NCBI GenBank assembly: GCA_964035575.1
Contig: OZ037833.1
Location: forward strand, 1,922,001-1,986,000
DNA from: Rhynchopus sp. YZ270_cl-10
Lineage: Eukaryota
Length of the DNA stretch: 64,000 nucleotides
Direction: 5' to 3'
Translations under genes and position numbers: made by a program
Notes under the pieces: generated by a model
What the model was told of the DNA's origin: nothing
The model's input: the letters and a program-made list of their open reading frames with translations, nothing else
Database searches by the model: none
In this document: positions 12,648-24,955 of the stretch, one piece after another
Numbering within the stretch: position 1 is the stretch's first letter
How the letters are laid out: the number at the start of each line of letters is the position of its first letter

Positions 12648-14069
12648 TTATGGGTACTGTGTAACCCAGGCAGCATCTTTGCCGATGCGCAAAAGCTTCT
12701 GGAGGTTCGGTGCTTTGCAGTACAGCGATTTATAGGCTGACAACGCAGCATTGATCTTTCTGGGCAGCATCTCAAGGAAGAACAGTGCATTTCGCTCGGG
12801 GGTTTGGCTTTTCGAAGTTTCTGTAGCATTTTTTGCTGTTTTCAACAACGCAGGAAGTTCCCAGAGAAGATGCGACGCACATGCCAACACCCCCGAAGGA
12901 ATTCTCTCCTTTGACAAAAAGAAATATTCAACCAGACTGCGACCATTTGCCACCTCCCAATTTTGTTGAAAATACGCTGGTAGAGGATAGTCTTCGTCTT
13001 CGCTTAGACAGCTTAGTTCGAAGGGTTGAATGAATTTGAGGAGAAGCGGGGGTACCTGGGTGGGAGAGCTCCATCGGGCGATCTCTTCGCTGTGCAGGGT
13101 GACGTTGAGGATGGAGAGGCTCAGGCTTGCTGCTGCGTAGTCCGATCTCCAGCCACCCCAATACTCTCTAAAGAGTTGGGTCAGCCTCAACCACATTGGC
13201 ACCATGCCCACCCAATCCCTTCTTGACAATGCCAAAGGCAACTCCACCTCTGTCACATTCATTCCGCAAGAAACGTTCATTCGTCCACAAATCCTCTTAA
13301 CCTGTCCTTTCCAAAGAGCAGACTCTTGTACAAGTGCTGTCTGCCCCACAGCACGCCCCAACGACACCCCCGCCGCAATCCCCGTAAAAGGCCCCAAAGG
13401 AACCGAATCCAAATCAAACAAAACCAAAGTGTCCTCCTGCGGCACAAAATAGGCCAGCCAAAACAACACTGCCAGAGGTCTTCCCAGTCGGGGGTATGCG
13501 GTGCGCAGTGTCCTAGGCGGCATTCCCTCTGGAGTAAAAAAGACGAAGTAATGGTCTCTCTCAGAAAGCCTCCGTGCCGTGGTAGCCTGTTGCGGAGAAA
13601 CTACCCCCTGCGGGGAAACACAGCCGCTGACAATGCGGGACAATGCTGCGGAGGGTTCGTTTTGGTTCACCTCTAACCACGCCTTTTCGAGGGTGAGCGC
13701 ACGCCACAGATGGCCTTCTGTACAGCGCATGGAGAAGAAGGAATGTGTCCCTGAGGGGCGGAGGTACGCTGCGTCTCGCTGTGCGAGGGTCTTGCTGTTG
13801 AGGGCTGCCAGGGCTGTGAGCATGGCGGGGTTGCGCAGTGGTGCCAGGTGTGGAAGTTCTGCTACTGCTGACTGCCATTCCTCGGTGATGTTGAGTGGTC
13901 TTTTTGTTGGGGTGGTGGTTGTGATAGTGCCATGAGACGTAGATGTTGTACGTGCCTGTGCATGTGCACTATGAGTGAACGCTGCCTTACTCGCCGCCCC
14001 CCCAAGCTTCACACTACTCAAACAAAAAAACACGATTCCGACAAGCGAAAAGACACATAGTTTGCTCAT
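12648..14069 (-). CDS. Secretory-pathway glycosyltransferase-like protein (peptidyl-serine galactosyltransferase / HPAT-like)
   Basis: Signal or anchor peptide and Thr-rich stem. Motifs FFSMRC..W..L, SRIVSGC, DxD-like FDLD, PMWLRLT..GWRSDYAAASL and C..LLWELP. Confidence 0.6.
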   Translation of the reverse strand: MSKLCVFSLVGIVFFCLSSVKLGGAASKAAFTHSAHAQARTTSTSHGTITTTTPTKRPLNITEEWQSAVAELPHLAPLRNPAMLTALAALNSKTLAQRDAAYLRPSGTHSFFSMRCTEGHLWRALTLEKAWLEVNQNEPSAALSRIVSGCVSPQGVVSPQQATTARRLSERDHYFVFFTPEGMPPRTLRTAYPRLGRPLAVLFWLAYFVPQEDTLVLFDLDSVPLGPFTGIAAGVSLGRAVGQTALVQESALWKGQVKRICGRMNVSCGMNVTEVELPLALSRRDWVGMVPMWLRLTQLFREYWGGWRSDYAAASLSLSILNVTLHSEEIARWSSPTQVPPLLLKFIQPFELSCLSEDEDYPLPAYFQQNWEVANGRSLVEYFFLSKERIPSGVLACASHLLWELPALLKTAKNATETSKSQTPERNALFFLEMLPRKINAALSAYKSLYCKAPNLQKLLRIGKDAAWVTQYP

Positions 14070-14270
14070 ATCTGGGGGGAAGGATGATGACGATGGGGGT
14101 TTTTTTGATCATAAATGGTGCTCGGAAAGCACCGATATCGACAGGTCCTTGACAGGATTTCGGTATCACCATTTAACAAAGGTTAAAAATAGAAGACCAT
14201 TTTTTTTTGTCGTTTCGGGGGGTTTCTTTTCTTGGTAGAACCCTGTAAAGGGCACTCCCCAAAGAGATTC

Positions 14271-15925
14271 TCACCGTACGACACTGCCACTCCTGCTCGC
14301 GGGAAGCGAGAGTGGTAGGGACGGTGTTGTGTCGCCCCTGATGTGTGTTGGGAGGGCGGGGAACATGTCGGACCTGGCTGGGAGTCTGGACATGAGTTTG
14401 CTGTTGATCTTCTTTTCGCTTTCGGTCATACACTGTATTGCGGGGAGGACATTTGGGGTATGAAGTGTTCCACATCAACACAAACCAAAACCGAGGGTTT
14501 TATGTTGATGGGGTAAAAAATGCAAGGGTAAAGGGGGAAAAAGCATACCTCGGGTATCCTATCTTGCTTTTCCCGAATCTGCTTCACAACCTCTGTAAGA
14601 AAGCTTTTGTCGATCTCTCTCCGTTCCGCACGCTCTCGTTGCACCTCTGCCGCCGCACTCTCGACAGACTCGCGGATGCGTTGCTTGTCCTCCAAGGCTT
14701 CTTGCTTCTCTCGGAGTTTGAGTTCTTCTTTGTGCTCAATTTGGCGGCGAAGGAAACGAATGGTACGCTGCTGCTGTCGCTCCTGTTCAGCGCGCTTCTT
14801 GGCATCTGCCTGCCGCTGGAGTTGAATGACCTGCTCTGTGACAAGAAGGGCACGCTGTTCGTCAGCCGCCGCCTTTTCTGCGAGGGAAGCGTCCATAGCC
14901 TCACCCATTTCCTTCTGGCGGGCCTGCTTTAGAGCGATTTCTGCCTGATATGATTCGCGGAGTTGTTCCTCCTTTGCAAGGCGTGCGGCGTGCTGTTGTG
15001 CGAGGCGTGCATCTAGCTTCTGTTCTTCGATAACAGCGAGATCCTTTAGTTTACGCTGTGCTTCATTGTAGTAAGCATTGCGTTTGACACCGAGAATCGC
15101 GGCTTCACGCTTTTTGGTAAGCTGTGCCTGCTCCTCGCGTCCCTGCTGCATGGCTTGCTCGTAAAGGTCTTTCTCCTGCTGGAGACGTACATCCGCTTCC
15201 TTCTGTCTGCGTCTCTGCCGCTCTCGCAGCTGCGAGTCACGCTCTTTCTTCTCCTGCACATTCACTGCCCGTATTTTCTGCTCCTTCTCCGCCTCCTCAG
15301 CCTTCCACCTCGCAAGCTCCTGTTTCTTCTCTACATGCTCCTCCTCTTCTTGCTGCCGCTGCAACGCTTCGAGGTTGCGTTTTTCCAATATCTGTTCATC
15401 CAAAGCACGACGTTGTCTGCAGGTTGCGTCATGTCTTGCCTGTTTCTCTGCGTCCTCATCCTTTAGGTAATCATCGTGCGACACTTCAACGAGGTGCGCC
15501 CATATGTCACGTTCTATGGCACAGCGTCGTCGGACGTGGTTTGGTTTGGGGCGGAGGGTGTCGGGGGGCATGGGGGTATGTGCCTGCGAGCTGTGCTCCC
15601 AGGAGGAGGTGGTGTCATCGTTGAGAAGACGTTGCAGCTCGCTGATCTGGGAGACCTGGGAGAGGGCGCTGCTGGTTCGGGTGCAGAGGGCGTCGGTGAT
15701 GCGTTGGATCGCCTTTTCGCATGCCTTTCCCTCCCGCAGTAGTACCTCAATCTCCGCCGCCACAGCGTCCTCCTCTTCGTCAGTCAAGTGTCTCCCCTCC
15801 CTCTGTTTGTGCACCTTATCCACCTGAGTAACAATCAATGGAATACACCTCCTTAAACGCTTCTCACTCTTCGGGTTCCCCGCCTCAAAATGCCTGTTAA
15901 ACGTCGGAGCAGGCGTGGAGGCCAT
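14271..15925 (-). CDS. Coiled-coil (trichohyalin/TPH-like) protein, possibly flagellar; 2 exons
   Basis: Start MASTPAPT at 15925; E/Q/R/K-rich. Intron 14433-14548 (GTATG..CAG). Last exon CMTESEKKINSKLM...VVR*. Confidence 0.8.
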
Positions 15926-16190
15926 ATTAACAAAGAGGAGGGGGAGGAGGGGGACATCTGCCAAATGAGTGATTTTTTTTTTGAAAAAATATAAAAAGCA
16001 GAGTTGAAAATACAAAGGCCCTCTCGTGAAGAAGTGTACCTTTGGTATGACCTGGCTGTACCGGAGGGGGGTGGACACCCCAACCATGCATTTCGTTTAC
16101 ATAAATAAGGTTCCCTTTTTTTGTCTACACACAATCTAAAGTTTCTAGTGGGGTGGGGAGGGACAAAATAGCCCTAAAAAAAAAATCCCT

Positions 16191-17804
16191 TTAATTAGTA
16201 GGGACGGTATAGTGCTGGGGGATGCCTAGTTTCTTTTCGAGCTCGCGGACCCGCAGGCTGTCTAGCTCCTTTTGTGCCTTTTGGGAGACATCGGGGGGAG
16301 GGCCTGGGGGTTGGAGGGGTGGGCCGCCTGCTGCACCGCCACCTAAGCCAATATTCTTTTGCCGATGCTCAAGCCTGCGGAGAATGCTGTCCAGCTCTTT
16401 TGTTGCTGCACCGGGGCTGGCACCCGGTAGTGTCGCGCCACCAGCGGCCCCTCCTCCTCCTCCTCCCCCCCCTCCGCTGGACACAGCATTGATCACACCA
16501 CCAAACCCTGCAAAGGTGGTACGTTGCTTTGTCATACCAGCATCATCTCTGAGACGGTTAGGTGAAACCTGACGGCTTTGTGGGTTAGGGGAGCTGGTAG
16601 TGTGTCTGCGTCTGGGGCTGAGGCGGACGCTTTCTGGGTTTCTCGGGTCCGCGGTGATACCAACACCATTATTGGGATTGCCACCCCTGGAGAGAACATC
16701 CATTTCAGTACGGCTAACCTTCTCTTTGTGGAGAAGGTCCAGATGTTCGTCGACACCTAGCAAACGGTCGACCATTTTGTTGAGAACGTTGTTGGTGTTG
16801 CTGAGGCTTGTCAGCGAGACGTCTACCTGGCTGCCTATGAGGTCACATTTTGCAAAGACGTCTCCCATTTTCGCGTCAAAATCCATTTTTAGCTCGAGAA
16901 GCGATTCGGTTGCGTTTGCGTCAGATCGGAGGGTCAGCTCTGCGAGCCTCGCAATGGTGTCCTCCCGCTCTCTCTCCCTATGGAGGAGCTCCGCAAAGCG
17001 AACGAATTTATGGAAGAATTTTGAGAGAACGGTCTGCCGGGTTTTGCCTGCAAGCTGTCTGAGACGGTCTCCACGCAGACGCCTCTTCTGCTTCCAGCTG
17101 CGGATCAGCGCTGCCCACTGCTTCCACCGCTCAAAATGCCCTTGGCAGAGCACCTTCCCGTTTTGCACCAGAAGTGCGTGCGAAATGGTTACCTTATGTC
17201 TCCGCTTCTTCGCAACCCTTTCGAACAACACAAACTTCGTATAATACCGTGAAATCAGTTTCGTTCTGTTCTTCCCATCCAACTCCGATGTCACTACCGG
17301 AAGGCGGTTCAGCCTTGCGTTTCTCCGATTCACCTTAGAGTACAAAAAATCGGTCCATTTGCGGAACGCCTTCTGCAACATGGCGGTCATCGTATTCAGC
17401 ATGACACTCCGCATTCTTCGGGTCCTCCGTTCGGCCACCTTACGGAAAAGTACCAGCCTCTGATAATAAACTCTAAGAAGTGAAGTTGTATGTTTCATTT
17501 CAAGGGGAACAACGCGAAGGTGTTTCTGCTTGCGTTTCGTTTTTTTTATAGCAAATCTATTCCATGCGTCAAAGCAAGATTTAACCATAGGGGTATCAGT
17601 GTTCTTCTGTAGAATGAACGTCGCGACCTTAGTACGGAAGCTGTCAAGGTACTGCACCCTCTCCCGCAACGCGGCGATGTCCTGCTCTGTATCCTCCTGT
17701 TTGCTCCTCAACGTCCGGATCGCATCCTGGACAGAAACATTAAACGCGGAGAACACTGAAAGGTCTAACAACTTTGACGCCTCAAATGAGAGGACATCGT
17801 CCAT
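16191..17804 (-). CDS. Coiled-coil protein with Sfi1-like repeats (537 aa)
   Basis: Periodic motifs CFDAWNRF, LLRVYYQRL, LQKAFRKW, LCQGHFERW and LSKFFHKF; low-complexity C-terminus. The ORF is solid, the family call is tentative. Confidence 0.7.
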   Translation of the reverse strand: MDDVLSFEASKLLDLSVFSAFNVSVQDAIRTLRSKQEDTEQDIAALRERVQYLDSFRTKVATFILQKNTDTPMVKSCFDAWNRFAIKKTKRKQKHLRVVPLEMKHTTSLLRVYYQRLVLFRKVAERRTRRMRSVMLNTMTAMLQKAFRKWTDFLYSKVNRRNARLNRLPVVTSELDGKNRTKLISRYYTKFVLFERVAKKRRHKVTISHALLVQNGKVLCQGHFERWKQWAALIRSWKQKRRLRGDRLRQLAGKTRQTVLSKFFHKFVRFAELLHREREREDTIARLAELTLRSDANATESLLELKMDFDAKMGDVFAKCDLIGSQVDVSLTSLSNTNNVLNKMVDRLLGVDEHLDLLHKEKVSRTEMDVLSRGGNPNNGVGITADPRNPESVRLSPRRRHTTSSPNPQSRQVSPNRLRDDAGMTKQRTTFAGFGGVINAVSSGGGGGGGGGAAGGATLPGASPGAATKELDSILRRLEHRQKNIGLGGGAAGGPPLQPPGPPPDVSQKAQKELDSLRVRELEKKLGIPQHYTVPTN

Positions 17805-20299
17805 ATTTTTTGTTTTTTTGTCTCCCTGAGAAAATGTAAGATATTGTGGTGGGTTGGAGGAGAAGTGAAGAAGTGAAGAAAAATTGGGTCATCTGAACAG
17901 GGCTATCTGATAGAAGGTAGATGCAGTGAGAAACTGTGAGACCAATAAACAAAAAAAGATCTGTCAGGCGCTGTGATATAGGTTGCAGTTTGGGTCCGAA
18001 GGTGGAGATTGGAATTAGCAAAAGGGGGGGGAGGTATCTTTCTTTGTGTTTTAATGCAAAAAAAAAGAAAGGTAGTATGTGTGTGTGTGTGTCAAAAAAA
18101 AAGAGGGGGTTTTTGTGTGTCGCTCCTCCTTTTGTTGTTTTGCTGAATAATCTCAACATTTTTTTGACTTTCTTTTTTAGAAATCTCAGCCTTATTACCA
18201 AAAAAAAAAAAAGCAGCCATTTTTTTTTTTGAGGAAACTCTGACACTTGAGGGGGAGGGGGGAGAGATAAAGACACACGCGATGCCTCATGTCAGTGTAA
18301 CATGTCATTTCACATGTGGTACGTGTTAGTACGTGTCATTCTCAGTAGAACACACACTTACACGTGTCATAAGGACATGTACCACATGTCATCGTTTTTA
18401 CCATGTCACGCTAACACGGCGTCGTGCAACTCAACCCATCCCTGGCGTTATGTGAGTGACAGAGCTGAGATAAAAAAAAAAAAGCTCTGGTCTGGCCAAA
18501 AAGAAAGAAAACTAATACTTTTTCCCATCTCAAAAAATTTACAGTGTCCTTTGTACTTTGTACTTTGTGTGTGTGTTTTTTTTTTTTTTTTTTTTTGCTT
18601 TTTTTTTTTTGCATTTTTTTTTAAATTTGAAAAGTGTTGGAAATAGTGTAGTCACCGCAATCTCCATTTTCCAGGTGGCCATTCTGAGAACGGCACAATT
18701 GAGGGGAGGGTGGAAAAAGGGAAAACGATTTAGTTGAAGAATAAAATTAGGGTAAAAACCCCCCCCATCGTTGTTTTTTTTTTCTTTTTTTTTTTTTTTT
18801 GCCTTTTTTTTTTTTTTTGCGAGAACACTGCAAAGAACAGTGTTTTGTACCACTTTCTGGTGGAAAATCGCACAAAAATATAAATATAAAAAAAGGAAGG
18901 GTTTGTAAGAGGAATACAAGCCTTGATGTGCTAGTCACCTTGCAAAACAAAAAAAAATCTGTCCTTTTTTTTTGTGATTTTTATCCCCTTCCTTACCAAC
19001 CCTTGAAAGGGTTGGAAACGGCTTTTGAAAAAAAATAAAAAAAAATAAAAAAAATACCCCAAGAAAGAACGTAAGGGGGGGAGAGTGGGTGGGGAAAGAG
19101 GAAAACTCAAATAAAACACGTAAAAAAACCGCCTATAAGTGTTGTTATGTGTAGCTCTTAATACTTTGTTGTTTTTTTGTTTGTTTTGTTTTTGTTTTTT
19201 TTGTTATATTATTGATGTTGATTTGTGTGCTTTTTTTTTAAATGTTGGAAATGCCATCCCATGCAACCCCGTTTTTTTTATCATTTTTTATTTTTGCTCT
19301 TTTTTGAATTTTTTTTTTTTTGCGATTTTACCCCATTTCTCCCCAGCTAACTGCAATAATAAAAGGGGCGACATCTTTTGCTTCAATCAACATTCAACCC
19401 AGAATAACCCTTTTTTTAAAAGAAAACGAAAAATACAAAAAAAAAATCCCTCCCCCATAAAACCTTGTCTTTCCCCCGCAGATCTCCTTTTATTTTCCTT
19501 TTTTTTTTTTGTACTACCCCATACACCATTTGCTCCATTATTTCTGTTGGTTGGGTTTTTTTCTTCTCTTTTTTTTAAGTTTTGCTTTTTTATTTGACAA
19601 ATTGTTGTTTTTTTTTTTGGGGGGGGGCATTTTGTGGGAGGGGGGGTGGATTTGGGTCTCCTTCTGGTACTGTACAGTAAAACAAAAAAAAAAAAAAACA
19701 CAAAAAACAAAAGTGTAAGATGAACCTAAGCCTCTGTGCTGACTCACCTAACCAAACAACACAATGTTTACGACATACTAGCAATACATTTTAGTACAAA
19801 ACTTTTGTTTTGAAAATCTGTTGGGGCTTTTTTTTTTTTTTAAATGTGTAGCTGCCATACAAAGCAGGCTTCACTCTCCATAAAAATAAACACTTCGCGA
19901 AATAATGTTTATTTCCTTCGGGATTTACACCAATCAGGAGATGTATGCTTGAGGGGGAGGAAGATAACGGGAGGGGGGGCATAATTAACTTTTTTTTTTA
20001 TATTTTTTTTTGAAAAATGGAACCCTACCCACCTGCACTCAACATTACGTTGTATTGACACATCGTGTGTTTGAAAAAGGAAGAAAAAAAGTGCGTTACA
20101 GCTTCCAAGCTGCCGTGTAAAAAGGGTTGAGGGAAAGGGGGGGTCTGCACGACAGTGAGGTAAATGACTTGACTTGTGATTTTACTTGTAGTTTCACTGT
20201 TGTAAGGCAACGATGAAACCATAAGTCAAGTCGTTTGCTTCACTGTCGTGTGTGTTAACGATAATCTGTGTATTTTTTTCTCTCTCTCTTTCCGTGGAC

Positions 20300-22056
20300 C
20301 TAGAAAATGCTCATGGCCATTTGGATCTTCTCTAACCATATTTCCATCTCTTCCTGTATGGGTGTGTTGTGTGGTGTACGTTGTGCAAATATTGGCGTGG
20401 CTGAAAAGGAATTTTCTAAAGAACCTAAGCCTCTGCTTAGTCACCCTACAATAACCAAAAATTCATGCGAAAATATGGCATTCATTCAATGAATGATTTA
20501 TTTTTTGTAACATACCTGCGAAGGTGCTTGCAACCATGTCGCTTTCAAGCCGGTGATGTTGAGCGCAAACACGTTTTCCTTCTGTGCAGACGACGCCGTG
20601 ATGCGGCAGACAGACTTGATCTGCTCAACCAAAAGCGCCTTGCCGGACTTCAGGTCCTCCTTGCGCTCGCAGATCACGAGCTCTCCGTTGCGCAGGTAGA
20701 GGTAGCGGTCCTGTTGCGTTTTGTTATCATTTTGACACATTGTGCTGCCTGCATACCTTCCATGAGCGGCCAAAGGTGCCACCGAGCTTCTTGACAGGCC
20801 CTTCGTGCGTGGCGTCCTTGGAGACCTTTTTGCTTGGGGAGGACTCGAGGATCTCCTTAACGTGGTGGTCGAGCTCCTTCTTGGTCTCGCCTCCGATCTT
20901 CTGAGAGCGGTCCACTGCGTCGAGGAACATCTTCAGCCCGTCGCGCACGTACTGCTGCTCAAAGATCTCTCTCACGGTGGGACGTTGGTCAGGGTCGCTC
21001 TGCAGAATGAACGAAATCAGGTCATGCATCTGCTGCCTGCAGTGCGACGGCGGTGGGGGGAACTTTCCTTCCAAGACCTTGTCCATCAGACCTACAGTAG
21101 TGTGGGGTATTTTAAATTATGAGTGAGCTGCCATACCTCTCATGTTCTGTGCAGTGTAAGGTCTCTTCAGTGCAAGCATTTCGTACAGCAGCACACCCAG
21201 CGACCATACATCCGCCTTTTTGCCGTACTTCTTGTTCTCCCAGAGCTGTCGTGTTGGGTGTTAGGAAAAACTAAAAAGGGGTTGTAACCTTATGAGAAAT
21301 TAGTTGGCTTGTATTTCTGAAAGGGAGGGGATGTGGGCATACCTCGGGCGCAAGGTAGTACGGTGTTCCACAGAATGTGCCTGCCACAGCGTTTGACACT
21401 GTCTCCTCATACTCGTGGGAGAACCCGAAGTCACCCAGCTTGATGACACCGGTGGAGGTCAGGAAGATATTTGCACCCTTGATGTCGCGGTGAAGCATCT
21501 TCTTGGCGTGGATGTGGTCTAGCGCCATACAGAGCTGCAGGAACATGAACAGCACCTGTGGAAAGGGGGTGTTTTTTTTTTTTATTATTGTGTTGTTTTG
21601 TTGTCACCGTTTTAAACATACCTCGTGTTCTTGGAAATATTTAAAGTTGTTCGCAGCTCTTTGCTTGACCTGTCTATCGAGGTCACCACCATCTGCGAAC
21701 TCCATGATTATAAGAAGGCAGTCGCCCTCCTCTTTGTCTTCGTAGTACCTGATCACGTTGGGGTGGCGGACGAGGGAGAGGCACTTGATCTCGCTATATG
21801 CGTACTGCACGTCGCGGTTCGACATTTTGGGTAATTCCATGACCTTTGCCACGCACACCGTGGAGTCAGAGCTCGCCTCCACCAGCCACGCCTCTCCGTA
21901 GCTGCCCCTTCCTATCTTCTTCTTTTTGAAGTACTTTGCGGAGCTCCCTTTCTCCCCGATAATACTGCTAAACTGCGGATCAGAGTCATCCTTCCCTGCT
22001 TTGTCTTCGGTTGATTTCGCCGGTATCGACGCAAGAATGCCACCCTTGTTCGCCAT
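20300..22056 (-). CDS. NEK: NEK-family (NRK-type) Ser/Thr kinase with C-terminal PH domain; 6 exons
   Basis: Kinase motifs IGRGSYGEA, VAK, HRDIKGAN, KLGDFG, GTPYYLAPE and KADVWSLG; PH domain ending EEMEIWLEKIQMAMSIF*. Exons 22056-21622, 21555-21343, 21245-21137, 21091-20757, 20710-20516 and 20353-20300, all GT-AG and in frame. Confidence 0.95.
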
Positions 22057-23241
22057 GGTTCGCTCAGGAAAACAAACCCAGCCGAAACCTTATAAAGAAC
22101 CCCGGTAAATACCCCGGTAACCCCGCTACCTTCCCGTTGTTGTGTAAAAACAAATGTTCACACGGTGAAGATTTGTATTGTGTGGAGGGGGGGAGTGTAT
22201 TTTTTTTGTGGTGTGTAGATCCCCCTGAATAGGTGTTGAAGAATGGTATAGGGAGGAGATGAATGAAGGAGGGTAAAGGGGAGAGAGAGAGAGAGATAAA
22301 AGTGGAGTGGGAGGGGGGACTCTTTCTTCAAAAAAAAAAATCAGTAAAAACTGTACCAGGCACCTCGGAAGGAGCAAAAGAAACAATAATAACAAGAACA
22401 ATCAAAATACTTTTAAACGTGTTTTCTTTTGGGGGGGGAGAGGGACGAAGGGAATGGGAATGTATTTGTTTCTGGATAATACTACTCCCTTTGGGAGGGG
22501 GTATTTTTTGCTTGAGTGTAGACAGGAGACCTGCCACTGCTTTTTTTTTGAAAAAAGAGGTTTTTTATGAAAAGTTTGAACATGACACTCACTTTATCAT
22601 TTGCCATAATAATGTGTATTTATAAAAAATTGAATTCCCTTATGTAGCCAGCATCTTCGAGGAAGATGAGGGGAAAAGAGGAAAAGAGGAAAAACAAGTA
22701 ATTGCTATCGGAAAAAAAACGGGGTGTGATGTGGAACTCCATCCTGTAGAAATAATCTACAACACGCCCAGCATTCTGCTCTTCTGCAGGTATGCTAACG
22801 CTCTTCGTACGCTGACAGACCCACTGGGACGCCAGCATCTGAAACGTTCAAGAAGGGGGGCTGTCCTCTTCATCCAGCACCATCTGCTCGATAGCGTTGT
22901 TGGACGTCGGCTCGGCAGGCTCGGCGTGTTCCAGCTCGTAGTTGTCCACAGGCTCCCCACATTGTCGTCGTCGTTGGAGCAGTGCGGAAGGAACACAGAA
23001 TGCACAGACTACAACACATCGATCACACCAGGCGCATCAGCACCTCCAGCAAATCGCCAGGATGCTACGGTGGCTTCGAAAATCGCGCGGAGTTTTCCAC
23101 AGCACACCCCGCTTTTTTCTTAGCAATTAGTTGTTCTTGTTGTTATTGTTATTTTCAACCACCTTCCTTCAACCCTTGTAGGGATCAGTTGTTATTTTTT
23201 TCGCGAAAACATGAAATTATACATTTCAAGAGAACAAATTA

Positions 23242-23765
23242 AAAAGGGTCCTTATTTGCATTTTTGGGCTCCGCCCGTGCAGTGGTGGGGTCAATCTCGA
23301 AAATTGGACAATTTTTTGACCACTTAAATTTTGAGAAATATGAGCCCGGTTGCTTCTACGTGGGGCCCATTTTCGGCTAAAATTTTCCTCAAAATCTGGT
23401 TTTGTAAAATTGACCCTTTACTCCCCCCCCACATCGATTTCAATACTATACCTTACTTCACCTACGGTTGCCCTTACAGGGGGGTGAAGGAAGGTAAGTT
23501 GAAAAGGGTCCTTATTTGCATTTTTGGGCTCCGCCCGTGCAGTGGTGGGGTCAATCTCGAAAATTGGACAATTTTTTGACCACTTAAATTTTGAGAAATA
23601 TGAGCCCGGTTGCTTATACGTGGGGCCCATTTTCGGCTAAAATTTTCCTCAAAATCTGGTTTTGTAAAATTGACCCTTTACTCCCCCCCCACATCGATTT
23701 CAATACTATACCTTACTTCACCTACGGTTGCCCTTACAGGGGGGTGAAGGAAGGTAAGTTGAAAA
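23242..23765. repeat. Tandem duplication of a 260-bp unit
   Basis: Near-identical units start at 23242 and 23502. Confidence 0.9.
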
Positions 23766-24162
23766 ATGTTGTTGTATAGTGCTCCCAAGACTCTGCTCAG
23801 TCACCTAAAACAAAAAAGAATAAAACCATTACAGAAACCACAAAAAAAAGCGGACACAGCAGTTGGTAAATACATCACACAAATCAGGCTTCGCGCTAAC
23901 TTTTGGAAAAAAATCTGAAAAATCGTGCTCCGGGCCCAAAAAAACGTACCTCAAGGTAGTTACGTCTGGGGGTGAAAAAACAGTGTTTTGTGGCATTTCC
24001 GAGCCAATCCCGCGCTGTGGTGGGGCATATTCGGGAAAATGGACAAAATTTTAGTGACTTAAATTTTCACAAAATATGAACCCATACTCCTAAACAAGGG
24101 GCATTTTCAGTCCGAAAACCCAAATTCAGATGAAATTGCGGTGTTTTTCACTGGCTGTTGGC

Positions 24163-24955
24163 AACAGGTAGCGCCGCAGGCGCACGGTACCCAACTTTTT
24201 TCTTTTTTCTTTTCCGTTTTCTCTGCTTTCTTTTGATTGCGCGAGCCGATTGCTCTCCACGGTGGGGTCACATGTGTGTACAATAACACTCTAAAGTACC
24301 CTTACTATGAACTATGAGATTCTCTGGTTTTCTTAAGGAAACCCCGGTCTCAAAAAGTGCGTAAATTTCCTTTTTTTTTTTCTGCCCAAGAGGTCGTTTT
24401 GTTGCATTTCCGAACCAATCCCGGCTTGCGGTGGGGGATATACGGAAAAATGGACAAAATTTCAGTGACTTAAATTTTCACAAAATATGAACCCATACCG
24501 TAAACAAGGGTCATTTTCAGTCTGAAAACCCAACTTGGCATGAAATTGTGGTGTTTTGACTGCAAACACCAATGAACTGAACAAGCTATGGGGTTTCTGT
24601 GACCACAGAGAAGAGTGAGAACAAAAACCAGGACGGTTATGGCCTCGGAGGGGTGCCGCCCTCACGCAGCGAGGGTGGAGACGGTTCAGCAGCGCATTGC
24701 CGTACTCAAAAGAAAATGAACACTGTACATAAGTACATCATATTTAGAAATAAAGTAGGGTAGGGAACAGGTAGCGCCGCAGGCGCACGGTACCCAACTT
24801 TTTCTTTTTTCTTTTCCCTTTTCTCTGCTTTCTTTTGATTGTGCGAGCCGATTGCTCTCCACGGTGGGGTCACATGTGTGTACAAAAACACTCTAAAGTA
24901 CCCTTACTGTGCAATATGGGATTCTCTGGTTTTCTTAAGGAAACCCCGGTTTGCA
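24163..24955. repeat. Direct repeats of a ~190-bp module (AACAGGTAGCGCCGCAGGCGCACGGTACCCAAC...)
   Basis: Copies at ~24163-24350 and ~24766-24952, further copies at ~42126-42320 and 54783-54815, usually abutting family R. Confidence 0.85.
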
